A DNA stretch of 63,716 nucleotides, the filler included, from Rhabdomonas costata (Eukaryota), in the NCBI GenBank assembly GCA_019059605.1. It is 36 parts of 36 records of this genome, joined end to end, with 100 filler letters (N's around TTAATTAATTAA, not from the genome) between each part and the next. Parts side by side here need not be neighbours in the genome. Positions count along the whole stretch, not along the records: positions 12,401 to 14,071 come from JAHMHO010010917.1; positions 14,172 to 15,842 come from JAHMHO010010918.1; positions 15,943 to 17,613 come from JAHMHO010010919.1; positions 17,714 to 19,385 come from JAHMHO010010920.1; positions 19,486 to 21,156 come from JAHMHO010010921.1; positions 21,257 to 22,927 come from JAHMHO010010922.1; positions 23,028 to 24,698 come from JAHMHO010010923.1; 29 more parts are not named here. One strand, written 5' to 3'. Every line of letters begins with the position of its first letter. Position 1 is the first letter of the stretch. This document shows positions 12,958-24,265 of the stretch, piece after piece. Made by a program: the position numbers and the translations under genes. A model generated the notes under the pieces. The model saw nothing but the letters and a program-made list of their open reading frames with translations. It had not been told where the DNA came from and did not search any database.

Positions 12958-13953
12958 CTGTGTTGATCGTGCCCGCGGTGCCCACCACGCAGATGGGGCG
13001 GAGGCCAGCCTGGCGGTCCTCTTGGATCGCCGCGGCCAGGGCCTCGATATCAAACGTGAAGTCCTTCTCCCGGACGGGAATCCTGTGCAGACTGGCAGCT
13101 CCCATCCCCAGGGCTTCCAGGGACTTTTGCACACAGCTGTGGACCTGTGCACCGGGTCATGCACAGTTGAAGGGGAAGGCGTCATACCTCGAACACACTC
13201 TGACGTCTCTTAGCGGCATGTCCCCATGCCCCCATACCCCAGCCTCTGCCGACCCGGCCACTAACAACGTAAATCGTCTGATGTTAGTATGTCCCCATGG
13301 CAGACGTAACACGAAAGGACCACCTCCTACGAGGTGACGAAAAATTCACGTTGGAGGGTTTTTGCATTTGATTGAATGGAATGGAAGCGGCCTGGCCATA
13401 GTGAAGGAATTTCGGTCCGAGGCAGGCACACCAAGAAAAACGCAAACAAACGTGAGTGCATGTGGGAAGGGTTTATGAAGAAGGTGAATATTCTTATCAC
13501 CCATTTTATGGGCTTTATTAGATTTCTTTGACTGAGGCGGGAATGCGCAAAGCCAACCACACAGAAATATGTAGGGAGGTGTTTTATTAAAAATTTCAGA
13601 CCTCGACTTTGCCCTCTGCTATTGTTCGCGCCCACGACTTACCTGACCCACCTGACATCCAAAAAGTTCCCAATGCCCCAATGCAACGGGTCACACCAAA
13701 GAGCGCAGAGCAGCCAATGCCGCGGACGCGCGATGAAAGGAAAGACACGATTGTGATTGGTGCACACCTCACTCGAGCCGTACACCATCAGTCGCTGCGT
13801 CACGGCCTGCATCCCCAGCTCCCTCACATTGACCCCGGCTTTGGCATTGCGCGCCACGGCCAGGCCGATGAAGTTGGCCATGGAGCCGCCGCTCACCAGC
13901 AGCCCGCTGGCCTCGCGAGGAAACCCAATGATCTCTTTGATCCATGAAATCAC
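12958..13953 (-). CDS. Group II pyridoxal-phosphate-dependent amino acid decarboxylase, two exons, partial
   Basis: Exons 13953-13768 and 13144-12958 join in phase 0: [20 protein letters not shown]...[20 protein letters not shown]...[17 protein letters not shown], hallmark motifs of the DDC/GAD/TDC family. Confidence 0.92.
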
Positions 13954-15222
13954 CTTTGTGTGTCCACCCACCAAAACAACCTTTTCAAGACCCCACAGTG
14001 AATATTTTCGCCCTGAAAGTCATGACCGGATCGACCAAGGACAGTTTTTGCCTAGAAAGGCTAGCTCATTTNNNNNNNNNNNNNNNNNNNNNNNNNNNNN
14101 NNNNNNNNNNNNNNNTTAATTAATTAANNNNNNNNNNNNNNNNNNNNNNNNNNNNNNNNNNNNNNNNNNNNTGGGTTTTTTAGCTGAGGGGTGCGCAGGT
14201 GTATGTGCAACAAAACCGATTCAATGGAGTGTTTTCAGGCGCGGTGTCGGCCTCGCTCAAAGGCTCCAGTTGTGCCTGAGATATGAAAGGTATAACTTGC
14301 TCTGTAACTTGCTCTGTGCAACTCCGTGCCAGCTGGACTTGCGGGCTTCCAGAGACAGACCAGACTGGAAAAATCCGCTCACCACTTTGTGTATCTTTCC
14401 ACTTTCCAAACGGAATCAGATGCACAAATGCTTCGAATTCTGTACTGGGTCCTTCGCCAGCGAGCGTATATATATCGATGATCGAAGGTCGCTCGAGAAG
14501 AGGAGCACTGCGAAACACATCGGATTTCTCGTTGGGGCTGGAGCTGGGATTAAAGCTCTGCGGTTACCGGTCAGCGATGCGGGGGAGGTAGGTAGGCTGT
14601 TGGTCAGTTTGCTTGCCCGTCCAATGATTGACCCCCTCCCCCCCTGACAACAAACGCCGGGTCTATCCCCACCACCAACCACCAGAACACCGCATCCCGC
14701 CCCAGTGAAGCACAGACAGGCACGCCTTCACATGACGAAAAACCGCAATTTGAGAGTCCGGCACAGAAAGCCTAGTGCACCCTCTTATCTGGGTCGGATT
14801 TCTTCGTTTGCGGCCATTCTCATGCTTCAGGGTCCGCGGGGTTTTCCTTGGTCGTGATTTCCTATCTTCCCGCAGCTTGGGGGATTCGGGCGTCCCTGTA
14901 GGCAATCAGGCTGTCGTGCCGGAGCACGGGGCGCAGCCCCGCCTTGAGTCCCGTTGAGACATGCGGTGACCAACACGCTACCATCATGCTGCTTCATTTG
15001 CACCACTACACTTTCATTACACTCACATTTTAAAAATGCAGGCATCCCCCCCCCCCGCCCCGCTACTTCCCCTCTCCCTCAAAGAGCCCAAATAAGATTT
15101 CCAGACTCTCAAGTGGCGGTCGCAGACAAGGAAAAGGAAACCACCACACATAGTCGCGGGGCAAACCAGTTCCATCGTCTCCAACCTCCTCCGGCGTTGC
15201 ATTCCAAATAGGGGGCGGATAC

Positions 15223-15410
15223 CAATCGTCACCCCCATTGGGTCCCAGCGTAAGCACGGAGATGGACTTCGACTCGGGCTTGGGCTTGGGCTTGGCCTCG
15301 GGCTCGGGTTTGGGCTTGGGCTTGGGACCGGGCTTGGGCTTGGGATTGGACTTGCGCTGCGGAACACTCCCGGCTTGCTGTTTCGCTTTGTTTCTTCCAC
15401 CTCGCGGCAT
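15223..15410 (-). CDS. Probable first exon of a hypothetical protein with a Pro-Lys repeat
   Basis: ATG at 15410 after a long pyrimidine tract; MPRGGRNKAKQQ...PKPKPGPKPKPKPEPEAKPKPKP; GTATCC donor; no family recognised. Confidence 0.4.
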
Positions 15411-17141
15411 TGGACCAGGATGCCTCGAAGAGGAAACGTGAGAAAAAATCGAGAAGCAACGAATAAGAAATGAAGAGTAAAAACGAAAGAAAAGAAAACA
15501 AAAGAAAACCAAGAGTGGAGTGCGGCAAAGGATTAAGTTGCAAGATAAAACATGCAAACAAAAACATACGTGACAACCGAAACTCAGATCTGCACCGCAC
15601 ATATGACTGGGTCGAAATCAAAACTCTACGAACCCTTCCCCAAAAGCGGCCCGTCACAGAATCCAGTCTTAAAATACAGAACAAAGGTGGGCCTTCGCAG
15701 TCAGGAATACTTACACGACGCAAAGCAGCAAGGCAGCTCCACTCAGAAGTAATGTGGGTATGAGCCACATTTGACCGCATTCAACTCTTGGAATAATTCA
15801 ACTTGTCAACATCAAACCAAAAGCCTTGGCTACACCACCCCCNNNNNNNNNNNNNNNNNNNNNNNNNNNNNNNNNNNNNNNNNNNNTTAATTAATTAANN
15901 NNNNNNNNNNNNNNNNNNNNNNNNNNNNNNNNNNNNNNNNNNTGTTGTTGGTGCGCGTAATAACAAGGGGGAGTTATTCAACTCAAGTCAGGGTGCTTAG
16001 AACAGATGAAGTTCGGAAAGAGCACTCAAGGGCTGAAGGCTCAAGACAGGAAAAATCTCTCTTAGATGAATCTCTCTTAGGCTGTTTTTGTAATTACCGA
16101 ACAAATAGGATGTCTAGTGCTTAAGCCTTCCATTTTCCCAGAACTGAGTGCCAACACTGGGGTATGCCACGCTGCAGGGAATCGATGCCTTCCCAGCGAC
16201 AAACACTGAATTTAAGCATACACAAAAGCAGATAGCAGAATTTTCCCCACCTCATCTCTCCCTCTAACAGGCTTACTCTCATCAACCAAGAAGCATGAGC
16301 AGCAGTCGCTGTCGAACTCCTGGGCTGTAAAACTGGAACAGGTAAGACTCCACGTCGTCCCAGACAAGAACACGGCCAGGATCGGCGGAGTAGAGCTGCT
16401 TGTCCCGAACCTGTGAGCATGCCCATTCCTCTTTCCAAGATGACCACCCACCTTTGAAACACCTTTGAAACCCGTCGTACCATTCTCGAGCTTTTCAAGT
16501 GAACTAAGGTGAGGAGGATCCGGAAGAATCTGCAAGGTCTTGCTAGCGCCTTCTGGCGGTTATGTTACGGTGGTGGCTCTTCTAATCTCTCCTGCTGCCG
16601 TGGGCCGGTTCTTGAACCGAGTGTGGGGTTGTTACTCACACGATCGGTCTTTCGTGTACGATGTGGCCTGCTCGAGCCTTTGTTCATTTGCTGAACTCGG
16701 TGGATTTCCTCTGCTTTTCAGGGAAAGGGCCTCGGCCTTCCACTTCAGGAGGTCTTGCAGGAGCACTCCTGGTGTGGATCATCCTCTAGACCTTTGCCCA
16801 AAACCCTGAGTGCCTTTGGGTGAAACCAGCTGATCGGGCTGCAGACGAAGACGGGACGATGGTGCTGCCGACAGAATGAGGTTCCAGTGCGCGACCACCA
16901 GTCGAAGTGTGAAGCAATGGAGACGAGACCTGTTCTCTTGGTGAGCCAGAAGAGGCGTCATCTCCAACAGACGGAAGCCTGGAAACGTTTCGGAAAGTGG
17001 CATGGGAGAAAAGTCCCCCGTCAAAGAAAACGAAGCCTACGAGCTCATAACAGGTTGACGAGGGCGTTTACAGGACAAAAATTATTCGCAGTCTCAAGCA
17101 TCCCGAGCTTCATTAATAATAGAAAAAAATAATAGAATTTT

Positions 17142-17609
17142 TTAAAAAATAATAGAATTTTGCATTTTATGTTTCCAATAATTCATAGGATCTAGTTTAA
17201 GAAAACTTTTTACAATATATTTTTGACCATTTTTTTTAAGCGTAATTGTAAAAATAGTCATACTAAAAGTTCCATAATTTTTTGCAGAAACAATTTGGTC
17301 TCCATTAATTGTAGTAAAAGAAAAATCATGTTTATTAATTTGAGACCATATCTCTTTATTATTAATATATTCTTGAATTATCTTTCTTATTACTAGCTTA
17401 TCTTTTGCAACTGAAGGTTTAATAATTTTTTTACTGTCATCATTTGTAATTTTTACAGGATTAGCTAATTTATTTTCAGAAAAATGTTCTAATTCAGAAT
17501 ATCCCATTGAATATTTTTGATTTGAATGACCAATAAATTCAAGTTTTTTTACTTGTTTATTTCTATTAAGCTTATTATTTAAAGGTTTGTCTGCTATTGT
17601 TTTAAACAA
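17142..17609 (-). CDS. AT-rich hypothetical ORF, 5'-truncated, foreign to the surrounding DNA
   Basis: 155 open codons in very AT-rich sequence, rich in K/N/I, no introns; composition changes abruptly near 17110. Confidence 0.6.
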   Translation of the reverse strand: MFKTIADKPLNNKLNRNKQVKKLEFIGHSNQKYSMGYSELEHFSENKLANPVKITNDDSKKIIKPSVAKDKLVIRKIIQEYINNKEIWSQINKHDFSFTTINGDQIVSAKNYGTFSMTIFTITLKKNGQKYIVKSFLKLDPMNYWKHKMQNSIIF

Positions 17610-17721
17610 AAAANNNNNNNNNNNNNNNNNNNNNNNNNNNNNNNNNNNNNNNNNNNNTTAATTAATTAANNNNNNNNNNNNNNNNNNNNNNNNNNNNNNN
17701 NNNNNNNNNNNNNGTTGTTGG

Positions 17722-18560
17722 GGGCTCAGCGTAATTCACGACTTCGGTCTACCCAATGCATGTAGCAAGTTGAGGGCTTCTCCTGACGGCAACTTCATAG
17801 TTGCGGCAGGTATTTTTTTGGTGGCCCACTTGACTTGGAATGTTACTTACCATTGAATGGATTAGGATTTTTTGTCTCTCTTTTTCGCAGGAGAGTATCC
17901 TCCGCAATTTCATTGTTACGAGATTCGGGAGATGTCCTTGAAGTTTTGTCGTCATGTCGACGAGCCCATTGTCGACTTTTTGGTAATTTGTAGGGGCTCG
18001 CTGTTGTGCACCGTCCTCCCCCTCCCCTGTCACCGTGAATAGGCAGGTTCTCGGTTTGGTTTGATCACACTAAGCAAAAGAAGAGCAATGTTCACAGTAC
18101 GTTTACAGGAAAAGTACCAACTGCTGGTCTGCATACTGAGCATACGAAATGGTGGAGCCGAAGAGTACTGACACCGGAGTGGGAATGCATGTGTTTACAG
18201 CCGCCCATGAGGCCTTTATACAGGCTTGGGAGGACCGTTTATTCTCCTGGGTTTTGGGTTGTGATTTGAGAAAAAACTGTAAGTGCCGGTGTGCCAGCAC
18301 TGTTTTTTTGAAACAGCAGTCACAACAGGAATGTACGGTCATGCGTTTTCTGCCTTTTCTCTTTTTGGTGTTCTTTTGTGGTTTTGGTGAGGTTTGGTTT
18401 GCAGCAATTACCCCCCGCCCCGCCGCTCGTTGAAGGAAAGGTTCTTTTTTATCCTCAGTTTCTGACACCTGACTACTGCAAGCTTGTCTTCCTGGAGTCC
18501 CGTCGCTGGGTTGAATTTCACCACAAGGCGGGCCGGCATTACCGCCTGCGAGTTCCGAAG
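17722..18560 (+). CDS. NOL10: Nucleolar protein 10 / Enp2 (WD40, 40S biogenesis), three exons, partial
   Basis: Exons ~17722-17809, 17891-17982 and 18459-18560 join in phase: VIHDFGLPNACSKLRASPDGNFIVAAGEYPPQFHCYEIREMSLKFCRHVDEPIVDFLFLTPDYCKLVFLESRRWVEFHHKAGRHYRLRVPK. Confidence 0.9.
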
Positions 18561-21256
18561 GTTCCCCATACATGGAGTAATTCTCATTGTGCTGCTTTGT
18601 CGTTCGATAGGTGATTATTTTGTTCCGTGGGCTTTAGGTGGGGCGATCACTGGCCTACCACCCTAGTACAGGTGAGCTCCTGATCTGCGGCTCGTCGGCT
18701 GAGGTGTATCGGCTTAGCTTGGAGCTGGGGTCCTTTTGTCCTTCAATTGCCACCGACGTGGATGACGACGAAGAGGGGATAAATGTATGTTCTTATGCAA
18801 GGGAAGGGTAGAGTGAACTTGGCGGAAACGCTGTGGGTGAGGGTTCAAGTCTGGGCGGAATTTAGGAAGTTTTTTGGCGTGTAGAGTCGCTGTGGGTTGT
18901 CCGGATAAAGTATTTCCACGGGTTTTTTTTGTGGGGACTTGTTTTTTCTTTTGAAAGCTCGCATTGGGTCGTCGCACCCCCGGCCCTTAATCACTGCGAG
19001 CTTGGTCAATGCCACCGGAAATGGAAAAGGCGGGAATCCGCCAAGGCGGTCTCTAATTCCGCTCGCTAATAGTGGAACTCACAAGAAACAAAGAATACGC
19101 GAGTGGAAAGGGAAGGGACCGTGGTACAAATAAACAAGCAAACGAGCGAACAAGCAAACAAACCGAAACCCCATCAACCAACCTGCGAACTCACTAACAG
19201 GATGTCGTTTACAATGAGAGATGGGGGGAGGTCGGGGGCTTTACGGGTCCATCTCAAACGGTCAAGAGTCCGGCTCATCGCCGGGAAATGGTGACACCCA
19301 CAGGCCCCCGGCCTGCGAATAAGCTGCCCCTAGCTGCCGAGCCACCGCTTTGCGGAGTGCGACTGCGACTCTCTGCCAGCATTGTNNNNNNNNNNNNNNN
19401 NNNNNNNNNNNNNNNNNNNNNNNNNNNNNTTAATTAATTAANNNNNNNNNNNNNNNNNNNNNNNNNNNNNNNNNNNNNNNNNNNNACACTCTTTTTTCTC
19501 TTGTAGACTGTGCGTTGCATCAGAGCTTTTGATTTATTTTTCTGCTGTTCAGCTGCCAGTTTTCATGCAACCTACCGATCAAACGACTTCATCGGGCAGC
19601 AGCTGAGCAACTCAGCGTACCCTTCTTTATCTTCTCTAGTTCACAAATAACGGTTTTCTTCTTCGCTTGGTTTGCTAATGCCATTCGACAACCAATGACA
19701 TCCGTTGCTTTCATGGCACTCCTACTGCACTACCGGACTTGAACCTCTGTTGCATTCACCATGCTCACCTATCTTCTAGTGTAATTAGCTTGACTTTGGT
19801 GTAGGAAACTCCAAATTGTTCTGCATTTATCCCACAAATAATCATCACCACCACCTTCAACACAGTTCAATCACAGCTTTGTAAATATACACACGCACCA
19901 ACTCAGCCTTTCACTGTTCACTTGTTTTCTTGTTGTTCTCAAGAAGCTTCTCTGCCATTGTTTTCCACTATTATTACCACTTGTCGTGCACCTTTGTGCA
20001 CCGCATACACACTCCATGCACCACCATCCGACCAAGTCGTGAAGTTCATAAACGGATAAACCCAGAGTCTATTCCTCATACCAGTGGTAAAACTTTGTAT
20101 CCCCCCTCTCGTGGAAGTCCAATTTTGACTGCTAGAGAAGTCCAGTTTTGACGGCTGCCCCGGAGGAAAGCAGCCACCCGTGGTAATGTGACATGCTCGG
20201 CCACAACACCATGCAGTACCTGCACTGGGGGATGTGAACCGGTACCTAGTAGAAGGGTATGTAACGTTTTACCTCGGGATATGGTCACCCGTTCAGCGAC
20301 GCCACACCCACCGTTCAGACCGTGTTTTGCCTCGTGCTGTTCTTTGTGCTATCTTGTTCATGCTCGTTTGTGTTTTCCATGCACTCCACTCAACTGATGC
20401 ACCACCATTCCGCGCGTTTGTGTTTTTTTGAATGTCTTTCTGGTCTCATCTTTTCTTTTGTACCAGCCAGAGTGCGTTCAACCTCCGCCAGCACGCCGCC
20501 AAGTAGCAGCCCTTGCGCGCAGCAGCCGGCAGTACCCACACCCGCCAGTCAGCCATGTGCGCCGGAACATCCCGCCTGATTCTCAAGAATACCAGAATAC
20601 ACACATGCACACATATATATACACTGCACTTGTTGTGCCCTTCGCACCACTTTCCTCGGCTAAGTGATTCTACCCTAACACATCCAGTTTCTGAAATTGG
20701 TCGCCACTTACCTGTTTGTAGTAATACTCCGCCCCTAGTGGTGGATGGTGTAAATGTCATCTCCACGGCCAATTGTCACTTCTTGCCCGGAAACACATAC
20801 CACCACAACACATACTTTTGCCCACATTTCCCCCACAACGATATTCCATTTTTGGACAAATGACAGTTATGACCATCCCCCCTTGACAATTGCTACTTTC
20901 GTTTCCTGCACAACACACATTGCCTTTTTCGTGCTTTTATTCCTACTTCTGGTTTCATTGGGTACCGCTTTTCACACAAGGACATTTTGGTCACTTGACC
21001 GTACCGTCTTGTTTTAAAGTTGCTACCGCAATAGACCAAATCTAAAGAAATCTAATTAAAACCCACTTATGCTAAACCGAAACTCCCATCCCCACAACAC
21101 TACCGGATTTGAACCGAACATTTATTCCAACTTAGTCTAACTTAGTCCAAAACCACNNNNNNNNNNNNNNNNNNNNNNNNNNNNNNNNNNNNNNNNNNNN
21201 TTAATTAATTAANNNNNNNNNNNNNNNNNNNNNNNNNNNNNNNNNNNNNNNNNNNN

Positions 21257-21625
21257 TTCTTTTATAATAGTGCCAAAAGCTTTTACTACAGTTTCAGAGG
21301 ACTTATTTTTTAATGGCTGTGCATACGCTTTTCTTGTGAATATATCAATTGCTAGCAGAATATAATGTATACCACTGTTAGACGTTGCCAAGTTATCCAT
21401 CTGTAATAAATCAACCTGTAATATCTCATTAGGATATTTGGCAATAATTGGAATATATAACTTTGGAATCTCTGGTTTTTTGTGAAGCTGATATGCTTCT
21501 TGATTATTGAGAAAATAATCAACTTGCTTTTTAGTAATTCCTTTATCCTTTACTGCTTCATATAATTTTATTTTGCTTTGAAATCCAGTTAACGGGTCAT
21601 AATAAATCTTCCTTAGAGTATCCAT
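21257..21625 (-). CDS. Polinton-type retroviral-like (rve, DDE) integrase, N-terminal part
   Basis: ATG at 21625, 19 nt after the polB stop; LRKIYYDP...LY...FL..QEAYQLHK...QVDL...YILLAIDIFTRKAYAQPLKNKS. Confidence 0.92.
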
Positions 21626-21644
21626 ATACAAATAGATTAGTTAA

Positions 21645-22925
21645 TTATTTTGGTAGTTTGTAATATCCATATGGGAAAGAAGATATTCCATCATTTAGAA
21701 TATATCTCTTGTTATCATATACCGAAAGAGTCTTCTTTTTTTGTTCAACCGTGTATATTTGGTGTTTGAAGGATTTAATAATTGTCATATTATGTGGTTC
21801 ACTAGTCTTATCAATTAGGCATTTTTTATAATCAGAGTATCTTATATTTTTCTTTATAGTCCATGAGCTTACACCTTTCGCAGTTTTCTTTTCTTCTTCG
21901 TTAGATTTTACAAAGGCATACATTTTAGCAGCTAGACCTGTGTACTCAACAATTGGAGAAAATGACTCATCCTTAAACCGACCGATAACTTTTTTATTTT
22001 CATTGCTATGCAGAAATTGATTATAATACAAAACTGGTTCTCTATTTTCAATATATTCATCACTATTATAAACATACTGTTCTGGTTTTATTTCTTCATA
22101 CAAATAAGTGGGGTAATCAGAAAAGTCAAAGTGATTTTTAAACGCCTTATCATCATATATATCTTTGTATAAATCCATAGTCGTTATTTCCAAAAATAAT
22201 GAATCTGTATCAGTAAATAATAATTTAACTTTATCTGCTCCATATTTTCTTTGAAGAACATTATAATAAAAATCATACATTAAATGTTTAGAAAGGTCTA
22301 AAATGCAAGCACCACCAATAATAGGCTTATTTAGCTTAACCTCTTTCTTATGCAAATGTACAGCTACAAGATTTTCATGAAAGATACTACAACTTTTATA
22401 AGTTGGTCTATTGATATACCGTTTTAATTTTTGTCCGTCATTCAGTATTAGCTCAATATTAACATGTTTTCTAGTGTTTTCAAGTTGCTTGCCATACACT
22501 GCATTATTCATTAACTTATAAAACTCTTTCTCGAAGTCATTTTTAGATTTAGATCTTCTCTTAGTATTTTCGTCAATATAGTTTTTCATCCATGGTTCTT
22601 GTCTAAACTGCAGGACTTTGTGAACAGTTTTTAATTTTAGTCCAAGTTGTAACGCTTGCTTTAGGTTCCTATAGTGAAGAATGTAATTATTCTTATCTGT
22701 TAAGTCACAAACTAATTTTTCAACATGGTCACTTGATATGTCCTTTTCGTTTTTAACTTTTGTTGCAAACTCAGATAAAACATCATCAGTAATTAGTCTA
22801 CGTGTTGGACATAATGGATAATATTTATGACTGTCATGAATTTCAATAGGATATTTAAGATCTACCTCAAATATATATCCTACATCTTGTTCATCCTTTA
22901 GATTTAATATTTTTTCTTTGTCCCA
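21645..22925 (-). CDS. polB: Protein-primed family B DNA polymerase, C-terminal part
   Basis: Frame is open from the contig edge: GYIFEVDLKYP...YPLCP...KLVCDLTDKNNYILHYRNLKQAL...KLMNNAVYGK...LFTDTDSL...GRFKDE...KMYAF...AKGV...DNKRY. Confidence 0.95.
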   Translation of the reverse strand, partial: WDKEKILNLKDEQDVGYIFEVDLKYPIEIHDSHKYYPLCPTRRLITDDVLSEFATKVKNEKDISSDHVEKLVCDLTDKNNYILHYRNLKQALQLGLKLKTVHKVLQFRQEPWMKNYIDENTKRRSKSKNDFEKEFYKLMNNAVYGKQLENTRKHVNIELILNDGQKLKRYINRPTYKSCSIFHENLVAVHLHKKEVKLNKPIIGGACILDLSKHLMYDFYYNVLQRKYGADKVKLLFTDTDSLFLEITTMDLYKDIYDDKAFKNHFDFSDYPTYLYEEIKPEQYVYNSDEYIENREPVLYYNQFLHSNENKKVIGRFKDESFSPIVEYTGLAAKMYAFVKSNEEEKKTAKGVSSWTIKKNIRYSDYKKCLIDKTSEPHNMTIIKSFKHQIYTVEQKKKTLSVYDNKRYILNDGISSFPYGYYKLPK

Positions 22926-23631
22926 ATNNNNNNNNNNNNNNNNNNNNNNNNNNNNNNNNNNNNNNNNNNNNTTAATTAATTAANNNNNNNNNNNNNNNNN
23001 NNNNNNNNNNNNNNNNNNNNNNNNNNNTTTTTGTGTGTTAGCCTTTTGCCATCCACAGTGGTTTCCTTTCGTTTCTTCTTGTGAAATCTATTTGGTATTG
23101 ACCCTTGCTACAGTGCTGTGACTTTGTTCATGTTCATGTTCATGTTTCCTTTGATTTCGCAAATTTCCACCACCAGAAAGCATCCAAATTGACTACCTTT
23201 TTTTTTTCCATTTGTTCTTGTGTTTTTTACTTTGTAGAAACGCGTTTCTCACCACCATTTTTCTTTTTATTAATCTTGGGCCCCACAACGATTTCAATAT
23301 TCGAAGAAGCGCGAAAAAATATAGCAAGTTTTCCCGGGGGTTTTGCTTCGAAAAATTGGTCAGTTGCGGACCAAATCAATTGTGTACCTCAATTCGTTTC
23401 CTTTACAAAAGTTTTCATAACATGCGAAATTCGAACTTCAGAGATGTGCCACGGACCGTCAAAAGAGGGTCAATAATGTAATAAATTACAAGCAGACATC
23501 AATCATCCAAAAGCAACCCTAAAACAGTAATATTGCAATTTCATTTGCAGTGGGTTTGTGGCATTATTTCTTCGATTGATTTGATTCTATCGCATCAAGT
23601 GAAAGTGATGAAGTGATGAAATGCACTTGAA

Positions 23632-23750
23632 CACACACACAACACAAAACACCACACCACACCACAAAACACCACACCACAAAACACCACACCACACCAC
23701 ACCACACCACACCACACCACACCACACCAGACAGGGCACACACACACACC
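23632..23750. repeat. (CACAC)n / (CA)n microsatellite
   Basis: Directly visible tandem CACAC and CA units. Confidence 0.95.
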
Positions 23751-23798
23751 CCACTTTGTTACACTGGTGCACTGATGCAATTCTCAACAAATGCAAAC

Positions 23799-24265
23799 CG
23801 GTGAAGTTGGAGGAGACTGCCCAGAAGAGCGCGAGTGTCCGTCCGGGGACTTTGGCGGGTCCAAACTTTCCTGAAGTTGAAGTTGGTAAAGTGAAAAGGA
23901 AAAGTCACCAACGAAGAAAAGCCAAATTAGCGTTTTGAGACCAAGCGAAAAACGAACCTCCTCTGACTTCCTGGGCGAGCGATTGCCAGGCAACAGGCGA
24001 GGGACGTAATGATGGGTGGGGTGATTGGCTCGTTCCTGCCGAAGCTGCCGCTAAATACATGTCATCAAGGGAACCAAAAGAGGAAACAAGAAATTTTTGA
24101 TGAGGTCATTCAAACTTCCAAAACAAACCTGCCGAGCTGCTATGGCTGTCTTTAACTTCTCCAGCCTTTCATTTTCCACCTGCTCCAACTTTTCGTCCAA
24201 GAGTGTCGAACCCTTCGTCTTGGGATCATAGGCGTTTCGGCCTTCGCGGCCCACATAGAAGCCTC
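23799..24265 (-). CDS. Hypothetical protein, three exons
   Basis: Exons 24265-24129, 24050-23958 and 23870-23799 have GT-AG borders and join in frame (GFYVGREGRNAYDPK...AIAARQ|RQLRQERAN...KSEE|ESLDPPKSP...); no family recognised. Confidence 0.6.

Larger units (their letters stand above)
21257..22927 (-). mobile_element. Polinton/Maverick (adintovirus-like) element fragment
   Basis: Whole contig is AT-rich and intronless and carries a protein-primed PolB directly followed by a retroviral-type integrase, the defining gene pair of Polintons. Confidence 0.9.

Noticed and set aside
19728-21115. CACTACCGGAYTTGAACC twice; reverse strand resembles a tRNA T-loop or B box
   Set aside because: No cloverleaf or acceptor stem can be built around either copy.
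23564-23938. ORFs with VVWCG or HHTTP repeats
   Set aside because: Translations of the (CACAC)n microsatellite.
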